Assembly: GCA_963796965.1 (NCBI GenBank)
Contig: CAWCNS010000005.1
Coordinates: 1,056,001-1,120,000, forward strand
DNA from: Calditrichia bacterium
GTDB lineage: Bacteria > Calditrichota > Calditrichia > JAJRVZ01
Direction: 5' to 3'
DNA: 64,000 nt
Position numbers and translations under genes: made by a program. Shown one piece after another: positions 22,935-35,372 of the stretch (the first letter of the stretch is position 1; each line of letters starts with the position of its first letter). Below the pieces are notes generated by a model. It saw only the letters and a list, made by a program, of their open reading frames with translations, searched no databases and was not told the origin of the DNA.

Positions 22935-23901
22935 CATCGAGAATTTGCATAATATAAACCCCATCCTCGACAGGGGTTACGGGAGCTTCTTCATCTTTAA
23001 TAACATTAATAAAATTGCGCATTTCATTTTCGAAGGAACGCTTGAAAATATCAACATTAGAGGCAAAATCAATGGGTGTCATGTTGACTAACTTTCCATG
23101 CAATTCTTTAAATAATCTGAGAGGATTCATAAATGCCCCCCCAGCCCGGCCAAATACATTTGTATAATTCATATCTTTCTCAAGATGCATTCTCCAGGAG
23201 ACTTCTACCGTAATAACTGTCCCATTTTCGGTCTCAATGGTAGCTAAAGCTGAATCTTCAACATCCCCTTCCATAAAAATGTTATAAGTGTAACCACGAA
23301 CATTTTTAACCTTTGGCTTGTCAATCAGCCAAAGTCCAAGATCAAGTAATTGAATACCCATATCCATCATTACCCCACCGCCAGAAATACGCAGTTCAGT
23401 CAACCAGTTCTGCAATTGGGGTCTGCTCCAATGTCTTAGCCACCCAGTCTTAATATAATAAGGCTCACCAATTTCATTCTTTTCCATAAAATCTTTTAGC
23501 ACCATTGCATCATCACGGAAACGATAATTCATTCCTACAACTAGCTTTGTATTGGTCTTCTGTGATTCTTCTGCCAAGCGTTTCGACTGTTCCAGATTTA
23601 ATGCGACAGGTTTCTCGACAAGAGTGGGAATATTTTTCTCCATTGAGGCTAGCGCCATAGGATAGTGAAAATTGTTTGGCGTACAAATAAAGATTCCATC
23701 TAGTTCTTCTCTCGCCAGTAAATTTTGATAATCAAAATAGGCCCGTGGGATATCATATTTATCTGCGATAAAACTAACTTTAGCTTCATCAATATCGCAA
23801 ATGGCGACGAGCTCAATATCTTCCATTTTTTTTAGAGTTGGTATGCGAACGATTTGGGAAATCCCACCAACTCCCGCAAGTGCAATTTTAATTTTACTCA
23901 T
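22888..23901 (-). CDS. Gfo/Idh/MocA family oxidoreductase
   Basis: GVGGI, CTPNNFH, VEKP, GGGVMMDMGIQ. Confidence 0.9.
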   Translation of the reverse strand: MSKIKIALAGVGGISQIVRIPTLKKMEDIELVAICDIDEAKVSFIADKYDIPRAYFDYQNLLAREELDGIFICTPNNFHYPMALASMEKNIPTLVEKPVALNLEQSKRLAEESQKTNTKLVVGMNYRFRDDAMVLKDFMEKNEIGEPYYIKTGWLRHWSRPQLQNWLTELRISGGGVMMDMGIQLLDLGLWLIDKPKVKNVRGYTYNIFMEGDVEDSALATIETENGTVITVEVSWRMHLEKDMNYTNVFGRAGGAFMNPLRLFKELHGKLVNMTPIDFASNVDIFKRSFENEMRNFINVIKDEEAPVTPVEDGVYIMQILDAIYKSASTGKQIDLS

Positions 23902-24269
23902 GATAAATTTCCTGCGTTTCTTGTACTTTATTTAACAACTATATATTTACGAACGGTTTTTTTAATTTATATAACCTCAAAGAGACAGCCGAATTGAGAT
24001 TTAGTCACAAAAGTAGTAAGCAATTAATAATTAAGATTTTGGCTTTCTTAAATGGTAGAATTAATAATATACTTTTAAATAAATAACTATATAAATTGAT
24101 GTCCATCCTCGGTGGATCAATTTCAACTAATATTATATAAGAAATTTAGAAATTTAAGGGTTTTAAATCAATCGTATTAATATTATAATCAAGATATAAG
24201 TCTAACATATTGTTAGAGTATTAATGAAGGAATATCGTCGTGAGCAGGTATAAAAGATTCGGGGTATTA

Positions 24270-24584
24270 TCACTCCTCTTCTGGTAGAGGCACCTTCAGG
24301 ACATCCTTTAAAAGTTTGCCTGCTTTAAAATGAGTTTTGCGTCTTGCGGGAACATAAATAATTTCACCTGACCTTGGGTTACGTGCTTTTGGTTTGGGTT
24401 TAGTTTTCTTAACCTCGAAAACACCAAAATCTCTGATCTCGATTCTGATCTCAGGATTTGCTTCAGAAAGAATTTCACGTAAAACAGTAAAGATGGCATC
24501 GACAAACTTTTCTGTCGTATATATTTTCTCATTCAATACTTTTGCTGTACGCTTCGCCACATCTTTCTTCGTAACTGTTCTCAT
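24270..24584 (-). CDS. HU/IHF family DNA-binding protein
   Basis: IEIRDFGVF...ARNPRSGE...FKAGK. Confidence 0.92.
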   Translation of the reverse strand: MRTVTKKDVAKRTAKVLNEKIYTTEKFVDAIFTVLREILSEANPEIRIEIRDFGVFEVKKTKPKPKARNPRSGEIIYVPARRKTHFKAGKLLKDVLKVPLPEEE

Positions 24585-24775
24585 CGAAAACTCCTATTAA
24601 TGTCAGGCAAAAAAAAGGCTTAAGATGTTAATTAATTTAAATCTAATGCATAAAGAAAATCAATGCAAGAAAAAAATAGCATTTATCTTCAATATCTATT
24701 GAAGTTACATATTGTTGATTGTGACTTCTATACTCGGACCAGGCCTCCCAAATCTTTAGAATATTTATAATGAAA

Positions 24776-27407
24776 TTAGATAGAAAGCATCTTTTTTAGT
24801 TCATTTAGTTTGATTAGGGCCTCCAGGGGGGTCATTTTATCCGGTTCAATATTCTTTAATTCCTTCTCAACGGGGGAAGGACCCACATTTGCAAACAAGG
24901 TAAGTTGTTCCTTGTCCACATCTCGTCCGGCATGACGTTGTGCCAATTTTGGTGTACTATTTGGAGATAGTTCATTAGCCTCAAGATTCACCAGAATCTC
25001 CCGGGCTCTCTCAATTACATTACGGGGCAGACCAGCCATCTGAGTCACATGGATTCCATAAGAATTATCTGTTCCCCCGGGTATAATTTTCCGTAAAAAA
25101 ATTATTTTATTTTCCCACTCCTCAACTGTCACATTGTAGTTCTTTATTCTTGGATACATAAGAGCTAATTCTGTTAATTCGTGATAATGTGTGGCAAAAA
25201 GTGTTTTGGCTTGAACAGAATCTTCATTATGAAGATATTCTGACACTGCCCAGGCAATGGAAAGACCATCAAACGTACTGGTTCCGCGACCGATTTCATC
25301 CAGCAAAACAAGACTTTTCTTACTGGCATTATTGAGAATATTCGCTGTTTCATTCATTTCAACCAGAAAAGTACTCTCACCTTTTGCAAGATTATCAGAG
25401 GCGCCAACACGGGTAAAGATACGGTCAACCAGCCCAACTTCGACCTCTTCCGCCGGCACATAACACCCTATCTGTGCCATAAAAACAATCAAGCCTACCT
25501 GGCGCAGAAAGGTTGACTTACCAGCCATATTAGGCCCAGTGATAATCCAGATTTGATCGTCCACAGGATTTAGATAGACATCATTGGGTACAAACTCTTC
25601 TCCTGGACGCATGTATTTTTCAACTACAGGATGTCGCCCTTTTTTTAAGGTTAGTACAGTGTCGTCACGCAATTTTGGTCTTGTATAGTGGTTATCGATA
25701 CTGATACTGGCAAAACTAGCAAATGCAATCCAGCAAACCAATTTCAAGACTATTCGCCTGAATTTTTTCCGTCTCAAGAGATATTTCTTCCCGGACTGTC
25801 TGAAACAACTCATATTCCAGACTATTCATCTTTTCTTCTGCGCCTAATATTTTTTCTTCAATTTCCTTCAAATCAGGTGTAATAAATCGTTCTGCATTGA
25901 CGAGAGTTTGCTTTCGGATATAATCTTCCGGTACCTTATCCAGATTAACTTTTGTTACCTCAATATAATAACCGAAAACTCTGTTGTAGTTAATTTTCAA
26001 GGTAGAGATTCCGGTTCTTTCTCGTTCTTTTTCTTGTTGAGAAATCAACCATTCTTTTCCATGATGGGCAATCTCGTAAAGTTCATCCAGTTCTTTTGAA
26101 TATTCCCTTTTAAATATACCACCATCAGACAAATTAATTGGTGGGTCATCAACAATCGCCTTCTCAATTAATGCCACTATCTCTTTTAGGGCATTTAATT
26201 TAGAGGAAATTGTATTCATTTTTGCCAGATTACTTTCCTCTAAAAGTATTTTAATCTCTGGTATTACACGTAATGCGTTTTTAAGATTTACTAAATCTCT
26301 GCCATTAGCCCTTCCGGTAGCAATCTTTCCAATCAAACGCTCCATATCCGGACAATTCGCTAATAGTTTTTTTAAATCTGATAAAACTTTTTCATTAAGA
26401 AAAAGTTCTTCAACCAGATCCAACCGTTCCGTAATCTTATCCCTAACCTGAAGGGGATGGTTTATCCATTTACGGAGCATTCTGCCACCCATAGGAGTCT
26501 GGGTTTCATCAATAACCTCTAATAGCGTTTTCCCATCTGTATTCTCCTGGATAGGATCTTTGATCTCTAAGTTTCTTCTTGTGGACTCATCAAGAATCAT
26601 GTAATCTGAAAGATTTATTACCTGGATTTTACGAATATGGTCAAGACTTGATTTATAATTTTCCTGCAAATAATTAATAATTGATGCCGCTGAGCTGATA
26701 GCCGAGGTCATTCTTTCAAGACCAAAACCCTTTAAGGAATGGGCTTGAAAATGATTCGTTAAGAGTTCATAGGCATAATCGGTATTAAACATCCAGTCAT
26801 CTCTGCGCGTCAAAATAACATCCAGGTGAGGTGATAGAAAATCTGATATTTCTTCAAACTGTCCTGCCGGTACCAGAACTTCTTTGGGATGAAATGCAAG
26901 TAATTGCTCGATTAGCTGGTCTGTTTGTATTTCCGCTGCATAAAATTCTCCTGTGGAAATATCAGAGAGAGCCAGACCAATTGCTTGATTTGAGAAAAAT
27001 AGAGCTGCAAGAAAATTATTAATTTTATGGTCAAGTAATTTATCAGATAAGGTTGCCCCGGGTGTAATAACCTCGATTACTTCCCTTTTTACAATACCTT
27101 TTGCCTGCCTGGGATCTTCAACTTGTTCGCAAATAGCTACCCGGTGACCAGCTTTTACAAGTTTATGTAGATAGGTGTCCAAAGCATGGTAGGGAAACCC
27201 TGCCAGGGGAACATCCGCACTCTTACCATGTGCACGTTTGGTTAAAGCTATTCCCAAAACCTTTGAAATAATTTGAGCATCTTCAAAAAATGTTTCATAA
27301 AAATCACCCATTCGATAGAGAAGAATTTTATCCCGATGCTCAGTTTTTATTTTGAGGTACTGCTCCATAAGAGGAGTAGAATTAGGTTTTAATTTTTTTT
27401 TGGACAT
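24776..27407 (-). CDS. mutS: DNA mismatch repair protein MutS (frameshifted)
   Basis: TPLMEQY, GDFYETF, GPNMAGKST, DEIGRGTST; frameshift near 25725. Confidence 0.96.
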
Positions 27408-27567
27408 AGTTTAGTTATGGCTATTTATATTGTTTCGCACCACCGATATGATACCAAAATTAATTAGAGAAATATACAAAAGTTTGAAAAAATTTGGAGA
27501 ATTTTCAAACATTGGGGAAACGCGGTAAGATAAATGTGACCGACATAATTATATCAGAAAATCTTTA

Positions 27568-30500
27568 CTATAGTTTTAATGCCTGAATAGGAAGCGAGAA
27601 TCCGAATGTGCTTCCCTGATGCAATTCACTTTTCACCCAAACATCACCACTATGTAACTCCACGATTTCCCGACAGATGGCCAGACCAAGCCCGGTACCT
27701 TTGAGAGAGGCATCCTTCCCTGCTTCAGTCTGTTCATATTTGTTAAAAACTTTATTAAGTTCATCATCAGGAATCCCCACCCCAGTGTCTGTGACAGAAA
27801 TATCAGCGTGCATCTGCATATCTTTGGAGATATCACCTTTTGCTTTTTTTAGCTGCGTGCTGATTGTAATACTGCCTTCCGGTGGGGTAAATTTCAAAGC
27901 ATTACTGAGAAAGTTTCGTACAACCTGTTCGATCCTAAACTTATCGAAACTAAAAAGGGGTAAATTTTCATCAAGATCTTTAATCAACTTTATTTTTTTC
28001 TCATTCGCAAGTACCTGGTAATGATCCCAGAGGGTATCTATTAGGCCATTCATCGAATTAATAGATGGGTCGATTTGAAAATGCCCGGCCTCTAGTTTGG
28101 AGGCAGTTAAGAAATTATCAATCAGTTTCAAAACTTTAAATACATTCTCTTTTGCGATCGTCAACAATTCGGCCTGTTCTTCTGTAATTGTTCCCACGAC
28201 TTCCGTTCTGACAATATCCACATAACCCTGGATAATATTAAGTGGTGAACGAAGATCGTGTACAATCATCGAATTGAAATCGGATTTAAGTCTCTCGATT
28301 TTTTTCTGATTACGTAAATCTGCCAACACGCTAAAAAATCCGACTTTCTTACCATGTTGATAGAATGGAGACATATAAACCATAAATGGAATTTCTTCAC
28401 CATCTTCAGCCAGCAATTCTAATTCTACCCCTTCTGTATTATCACTTCCATCGTCTGCTGCCTTATCTTCCTTAAGAATATCATGAACAGCTTTGATGAG
28501 TTTGGGTCGTGAATTGGCCTCAGTAAAATCATGAAGTTTTTTTCCTATCATCAGATCTGGTGACTCATACTTGAGAAGCGTGGCAAGACTTTGATTGGTA
28601 TATATAATCTTGCGATCTGGCTCACAGGTAACCAACCCCATCGTCATGGTTTCAGCAAGCAGACGGTATTTAAGTTCCGAAGATTTTACACCTTCGATAA
28701 GATCATAATTTTCAATGATCACAGCTGCCTGATTTGCAAAATATTCCACAGAATTGATCCGCTCTAATGTTGGACGTTTTCGTTCCACAGGATCATTTAG
28801 TGAAAGAACACCGAGTAATTTGCCACGACTTTTGATCGGTACATAGATCCAGTCCTGATCATTCCACTCGCTTCCAATTTGTTCTTCAAAATTCTTTTTC
28901 TTATCAGATTCTTCATTTGAATATTTTTGTTTATGATCAAAGAAGAAACTATTGCCAAAGGGGAAAGATATATCAAGCTTTTTTGTAAAAGGAGGATATC
29001 CTTCTAAATCCAACAATTTCTTATATTCTTTATCATTGATTCCCAGGATCTGCATGTTGGTAAAAGCTTCCTCATACTGATCTTTTAGATCCAGGATCAC
29101 GACGTTCCAACCCAATGTTCGACGAATAGCCACACAGACTTTTTCTAAAAGTTTATCCAGGGTAAGATCTAAGGTTAACTCCGATCCAAGAGAGAAAATC
29201 CTGTTTAGTCTGTTTTACAGTCAGTTTTGCATTACGAAGGATCTGGTCTTCTTCAAGTGCTCCGGCACCTTGTTTGATTAATTTTTCACTTTCCTGAATT
29301 TCCCGATTACTGAACTTCTCTAGGAAGCTAACGCGTCCGATGACAAAAAACCCCTGGATAGTTTGAGCACCCATCAGGGGCATTATGATGACATTATTGA
29401 TATCAAGACTGTCTAACCCCGGTAATTTTTTTAACTGTTGGCCTGAAACACTTCTCTTAATATCCGTTAGCAATGTTTTCTTATTTTGGAGGACAGTATC
29501 GAAGACCTGAAAATCCTTTAACAATAAAACAGGCGGCTTCTCCTTTTCAAAAAGATTTTTTCTATCATCACCCTTGTAGCAATATTTTGGATATAAAAAC
29601 TTAAACCCTTCATGGTAATTAATATACAGTGTAATATCCGGTTGTAATTGGTTAATTAACAATTTTCCGAGGAGAGCGAGAATCTCATCTTCTGAAGGTT
29701 TTTCAAAGTAACTTTTGATTTCCGGCACTTTTTTTGTACCATCTCGCTGGAGACTGTAGATTCTTTTTACCTCTGTTAATCTTTGTGAGGCAGACTGAAA
29801 CAAAGCTGTGAGTAAGGCATCTTCCTCTGCATCAATTTCGATACCATCCGGCAACGCAAAGAGCATCACCCCTACGGCTTTACCTCTCATGGTCAAGATT
29901 AATTGATAGGCGCGGCTAAATTCCAGCCCCCATGTTTTGAATGTATTTACAATTTGTATATCATTAATAGGGCCATCTTTCAGATTCTCTGCATCTAAAT
30001 ATTTTTCCTGCCATATGGGATCCGTTCTTACCTTATCAGCATTGATAGGTTTCCGGTTAGAACTAGATAAATTAAAATAATCATAATCACCATGTTCAGA
30101 CGTCCTGACAGCAAGAATATGAAAATTTAAAGGATAGGCTTTGACAAAGAAATCATTTAGGATTTCGCATACATTTGTAATGCCACGGCTGAGCATTAAA
30201 CTGAGTGTCGATTTGCTGAGACTTCTGAAACGTTTAACCTTATCACTATTTGATCTTATCTGAGTGATATAGCGTTGGTGAAAATGAATGCGGGATTGAA
30301 TTTGTGTGACATCCTTCATATCAGGGATAAAATCGTCAATACCGTAATGTTGTGCTTCAACACGGTCGTAAAGATTTATATCACTCCCATTTCCTACAGC
30401 CAGGATAGATAAATTTTCTCCGACATCTGTATCTTTCAAACTACGTAAAGATTTTTTCGCCTTTAGTGATAGTTCATCACCCCAAATTAGAAAGTGTGGT

Positions 30501-30640
30501 TTTTCTTGCTTAGCAAGTTCCAATGTATACTCTATATTTGAGGAAGAAATCACTGAAAATCCAAGACTACTCAGTGATTGAGATAATCCTTTTAAAACGG
30601 ATGCATCCTGGTGAAAAACTAATATTTTTTCTGCTGCCAT
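27568..30640 (-). CDS. Cytoplasmic pseudo-REC / GAF / PAS histidine kinase (frameshifted)
   Basis: ORFs 29153..30640 and 27568..29133; HDLRSPL, NFLSNALKFT, GTGLGL; no TM segment seen. Confidence 0.85.
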
Positions 30641-31420
30641 TTAATTACCATTTGTGGAAAGATTACGTTTGTAGAGAAGATATATACCCTCTAAAATTAA
30701 ATTTTCGTCAACGATATCAATTGCTTGAGTTCTCTTTGCAATTGTGTGAGCAAGCCCCCCGGTAGCAACTACCTTTGGGCTTCCCCCAAGTTCAGATTTG
30801 ATTTTTTTAATCATACCCTGAATCAATTCAACTGATCCATACATTATACCACTTTGCATGCTCTCTTCTGTATTACTTCCGATAACATTTGGTGGAAAGA
30901 CCAGCTCAATCTTGGGAAGTTTTGCTGCCTTATGATGCAAAATTGAGGCGGCACTTTCGATACCAGGACAGATAACGCCTCCAAGATAATCACCATTATC
31001 GTTAATACAATCAAATGTTGTTGCCGTCCCAAAGTCGAGCACAATCAGGGGAACACCGTATTTCTTTTTACCGGCGACGGCATTGCAGATTCGATCTGCA
31101 CCCACAGCATATGGATCCTGATAAAGAATATCAAGACCCAAATTTAATTCCGGGCTTATATGCATTGGTTTGCATGAGAGATATTTTTCAACCATTTTAC
31201 GGTAAATTCGTGTTTCTTCAGGCACAACAGAAGAAATGCAAACCCCATTAATCATTTCAGAATTCATATTATTTAATTTGAGGAATGAATCGACAACAAC
31301 CCATATCTCATCCTCTGTTCTTGAGTATCGGCTTGAAATCCGCCAATGCTTCTTTAATGCGTCATTTTCATACAATCCTAAAACTGTATGTGTATTACCA
31401 ATATCAATCATTAAATCCAT
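30641..31420 (-). CDS. coaX: Type III pantothenate kinase
   Basis: IDIGNT, SSVVP, GADRI, DFGTATT. Confidence 0.96.
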   Translation of the reverse strand: MDLMIDIGNTHTVLGLYENDALKKHWRISSRYSRTEDEIWVVVDSFLKLNNMNSEMINGVCISSVVPEETRIYRKMVEKYLSCKPMHISPELNLGLDILYQDPYAVGADRICNAVAGKKKYGVPLIVLDFGTATTFDCINDNGDYLGGVICPGIESAASILHHKAAKLPKIELVFPPNVIGSNTEESMQSGIMYGSVELIQGMIKKIKSELGGSPKVVATGGLAHTIAKRTQAIDIVDENLILEGIYLLYKRNLSTNGN

Positions 31421-31427
31421 TTAATGC

Positions 31428-32228
31428 CTAAATATATTTTATAGAACCCGATACCAGTTCCTTTTCAACGCCATTTTCAGAGCGGTAAATTAAGGCACCA
31501 TTATCATTAATATCAAGATATTGCCCTCTCTCAATGCCAGCATGGGTTTCAATTTCAATTTCCCTTCCCTCACAGGTACAGCGCTTTTTCCACTTTTCAA
31601 TAACCCCGGAATAATCAGTTCTTTCTATGTTGAAATATTTTTTTTCAAATTCATGAATAATCTCAGCGATTATAGATTCTCGCTCGAAATATTCATTCAC
31701 CTCATGAAGAAGTGATGTGGCAATCCCTCTTGTGTCCGTGCTTAATTCAGATAGATCCTGATTAATATTTAATCCGATCCCAACAATAACAAATACAACC
31801 TCTTTTTCTCTAAGGCTACTTTCAGTCAGGACACCGCCAATTTTTTTACCGTTTGCTAATATATCATTTGGCCATTTCACGGTAAATACGGGCTTAGTAT
31901 AGGATGTCCTATCTAAAACCTTTTCCAGACTTGATATCAAAATATCCGCCGTAGCCAGGGTAATTTTTAATACCTTATCAATTCGGAGGCGTGGCCTCAA
32001 AATCAAACTCATTAAAATATTTGATTCTCTTGTGGACTCCCAAATATGGTTTTGTCTGCCCTTTCCTTCAGTCTGAAAATCAGCAAGAACAACAGTCCCC
32101 TCTGGCGCACCTCCCTGAGCCAGACCTTGTGCATAAGAATTTGTCGAATCAATTTCAGGCAGATGATAAATATATTTACCAAATATGGATGTTTTTTGTT
32201 GTTTTTTTATTCTAGCAATATCAATCAT
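31428..32228 (-). CDS. birA: Biotin-protein ligase, no HTH domain
   Basis: IDSTN, QTEGKGR, KWPND, KIGGVL. Confidence 0.93.
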   Translation of the reverse strand: MIDIARIKKQQKTSIFGKYIYHLPEIDSTNSYAQGLAQGGAPEGTVVLADFQTEGKGRQNHIWESTRESNILMSLILRPRLRIDKVLKITLATADILISSLEKVLDRTSYTKPVFTVKWPNDILANGKKIGGVLTESSLREKEVVFVIVGIGLNINQDLSELSTDTRGIATSLLHEVNEYFERESIIAEIIHEFEKKYFNIERTDYSGVIEKWKKRCTCEGREIEIETHAGIERGQYLDINDNGALIYRSENGVEKELVSGSIKYI

Positions 32229-32522
32229 GGCGAACGCCGGATAAGAATTATTGTCAATTTACTATTTTTTTCATAAAAAACAACGTTTTATGTACTATTC
32301 AGCGAACTCAAATTCAATTCATCCGACAATCAAAAATATAGTTAAACGCAACATTCAATTTTTCTACCATAAGGACATCAAACCAGAAACAATTAACGAA
32401 TTAAAATGAGGCCAAATGAATCTTTGGGTTTGCTATATATAGATTTAATAAACGTCATTCTTATTTCTTAGTTACGCAAGGTTTGGTAGTTTAAATACTA
32501 TTCAGGATGATAACTATAGAAT

Positions 32523-33991
32523 CTATTCTTTCCAAAATGTAGGTGTTAAAAATATTATAACCGGATATATTTCCAATCTTCCCACGAGCATTAAAAAGGA
32601 CAAAGCCCATTTACCTAACTGTGGAATATGTGCATAGTTATCCGTTGGCCCAACAGAGCCAAGCCCGGGACCTATATTTCCAATAGAGGCGGCAACCGCA
32701 CCAAATGAACTTATAAAATCAATCCCAAGCAGCGTCATAAATAAGACACCGCCAATAAATATACCCAGATAAATTAAGAAAAAGCCAGCAATATTTCCAA
32801 CAACTTCTCTGGGAATAGTTCTACCGCCTACACGGATTGGTAAAACTGCATTGGGGTGAATAAGTTTTTTAATCTCATTTAATGCAAACTTTACCATTAC
32901 CATAGAGCGCATAATTTTCATACCCCCTCCTGTTGATCCGGCACAGCCACCCAAAAACATAAACAGAAATAAAATTACTTGTGAGTTACTGTTCCATAAT
33001 TCATAATCATCCGTTCCATATCCGGTAGTGGTGATAATTGAGGAGACCTGGAACAAACCCTTTTGAAGGCTTTTAAGGAAGGCATAATTTTGAGAGAAGT
33101 ATAAATCAGCCATAACGATTAACGTACCGCTTCCAATGATAAAAAAGAAAAACTTTGTCTCCGGATCATGCCAATAAGAAAAAAGCCGGCCGCGGAGGGC
33201 TTTGTAATGGAGTGAAAAATTTACGCCGGCAATAAGCATGAAGATGATAATAATATAATCAATTGTAGCATTCTGATAATGACCAATACTTGCATTTTTT
33301 GTTGAAAAGCCACCCGTGGCCATGGTACCAAAAGTATGACAGATTGAATCAAACAAGTCCATCCCAGCCAAATAGAGCAAAATCATTTGGACCGCTGTAA
33401 TAAGCATATATACTTCCCAGAGAAGTTTTGCAGTGTCTTTTATTCTTGGTTTTAATTTATCATGCTCGGGGCCGGGTACCTCAGCTTTATAGAGCTGCAT
33501 CCCCCCCACACCCAATAAGGGCAGGATCGCCAATGATAACAAAATAATACCCATGCCACCAATCCAATGGGTGAAGGATCGCCAGAACAGCAGACCATGA
33601 GGAAGCATTTCAACATCTGTGAGAATGCTTGCACCTGTTGTTGTAAATCCAGACATGGTCTCAAAAAAAGCATCCGCATAGGAAGGTATATAACCCGATA
33701 AATAGAACGGTAATGCTCCAAAAAAGGCGAACGCCAGCCAGGTAAATGAAACAAGAGCAAAACTCTCCCTTAAACGAAGATCATGCTGGGTTCTAAAGGA
33801 GAAAAACAGAAGTGTACCGGTCACACCAGTAATACCGGCAGAAATAAGTAGGGGATAGAGGTCATCTTCTGCGTAGATAAGAGAAACGATAAGAGGTAAC
33901 AACATGGTCAGACAAAGAAAAATCAGCAACACACCAATAATCGATAATATCGCGCGAATATTTATATTTGCTAATTTGATAGTGAAACCAT
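32523..33991 (-). CDS. trkH: Trk potassium uptake membrane protein
   Basis: SGFTTTGAS, TGGFS, GGCAGSTGGG, GNIGPG; the extreme N-terminus is probably frameshifted. Confidence 0.95.
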
Positions 33992-34023
33992 CCTATGAAG
34001 ATATATTTTAATCGAAATAAGAT

Positions 34024-35364
34024 TTAATTAAACAGCTTTTCCAATTCTTTTATTGCCGTCGGCATGGCAAATACCACGACTTTGTCTCCATTTTCAAGTT
34101 GGGAGCTGCCCACTGGTATAAAGAACTCATCTTTCCGCACGACAGCACCAAGTAAGGCTCCTTTGGGAAATTGAATATCTTTTAATTGCTTTCTCGTAAT
34201 TCTGGCATTCTCAGCAATCACATATTCCAGAACCTCAGCAGATACGCCTGGGATAGAAGCGACGCTTAGTATTGATCCACGGCGGATAAATTTGAGAATT
34301 TGATCAACCGTTACTATTTGTTTTGAGACATAGGCATCAATACCAATTGTTGGAATAATTGGTGAGTAAGCAGTTTTGTTGATTAAGGCAATAATTCGTG
34401 GTACCTGGAGATGTTTGGCGACCAGGCAGGAGATGATATTGGTTTCGTCATCACCTGTAACAGAGATAAAAGCATCCATATCAATGATACCCTCCAATGC
34501 GAGCAGGTTGATATCTCTTCCATCTCCTTTTATCACTAAGGATTTATTAAGACGATCAGCCAAAACCTCTGTTTTATCGGCATCGGACTCAATCACTTTT
34601 ACATTGATATGATCTTCTAAATGTGAGGCAATTTCGATTCCCGTCTGCCCACCACCAAGGATCATGACATTTTCCATTTTGACGTTTTCTCTGCCGGCCA
34701 TTTTCAGAACATCGGGGACATTCTCACGCTGCGTCATCACATATACCCGATCATTATTCATAAACACATCTGCACCACGTGGAATTATTGTACGATCTCT
34801 TCTTTGAATTGCCACCGTACGAAACGTGGTTTGCTCCAATAGCCCTGCGACTTCAGCCAAGGATTTCCCCAAAACTTCACAGTTTTTATCCAATTGAACA
34901 CCGATGAGGAGGATCTTCCCATCTGCAAATTCGAGGATATCGGTCGCAGCCGATAATTTTAGCAAATTAACAACCGCTTTTGCGACTTCCGATTCGGGAT
35001 GAATGATCAGATCTATTCCCAGGAATTTTGCATTGAGTGCGCAATCATCTCTGGTGAACTCACGATTTTTAACCCGGGCAATTTTTGTCTTTACATTATA
35101 TTTTCCTGCAATCAAACAGGCGAGGAGATTCACTTCATCATTATTGCTAACGGCGACAACCATATCAGCTTTTTCAACACCGGCTTTACGTAACGCCTCC
35201 GGGCTGCTTCCCGTACCTTCAAAAACCTGTACATCCAAATTTTCTCTCGCGCGTTTGACACGGTCCATATTAGGCTCAATGATAACAATGTCATGCCTCT
35301 CATAAGAGAGTAATTTAGCAAGATTATAACCGACTTCTCCTGCGCCGAGAATTATAATATACAA
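34024..35364 (-). CDS. trkA: Trk potassium uptake NAD-binding protein
   Basis: Two RCK units (GAGEVG, GGGQTG). Confidence 0.95.
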   Translation of the reverse strand: MYIIILGAGEVGYNLAKLLSYERHDIVIIEPNMDRVKRARENLDVQVFEGTGSSPEALRKAGVEKADMVVAVSNNDEVNLLACLIAGKYNVKTKIARVKNREFTRDDCALNAKFLGIDLIIHPESEVAKAVVNLLKLSAATDILEFADGKILLIGVQLDKNCEVLGKSLAEVAGLLEQTTFRTVAIQRRDRTIIPRGADVFMNNDRVYVMTQRENVPDVLKMAGRENVKMENVMILGGGQTGIEIASHLEDHINVKVIESDADKTEVLADRLNKSLVIKGDGRDINLLALEGIIDMDAFISVTGDDETNIISCLVAKHLQVPRIIALINKTAYSPIIPTIGIDAYVSKQIVTVDQILKFIRRGSILSVASIPGVSAEVLEYVIAENARITRKQLKDIQFPKGALLGAVVRKDEFFIPVGSSQLENGDKVVVFAMPTAIKELEKLFN

Positions 35365-35372
35365 GAGAATTC

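Noticed and set aside
23902..24269. Replication origin in the AT-rich gap
   Set aside because: No DnaA-box cluster was seen and there is no dnaA/dnaN context.
24776..27407. mutS and other split genes as pseudogenes or programmed frameshifts
   Set aside because: Indels are spread across essential genes with otherwise intact motifs, so sequencing error is more parsimonious.
33932..33991. Non-canonical ATA start for trkH (and for the mutase at 38824)
   Set aside because: For trkH, one missing A restores an ATG start at 33991. The mutase case cannot be separated from base-call error.
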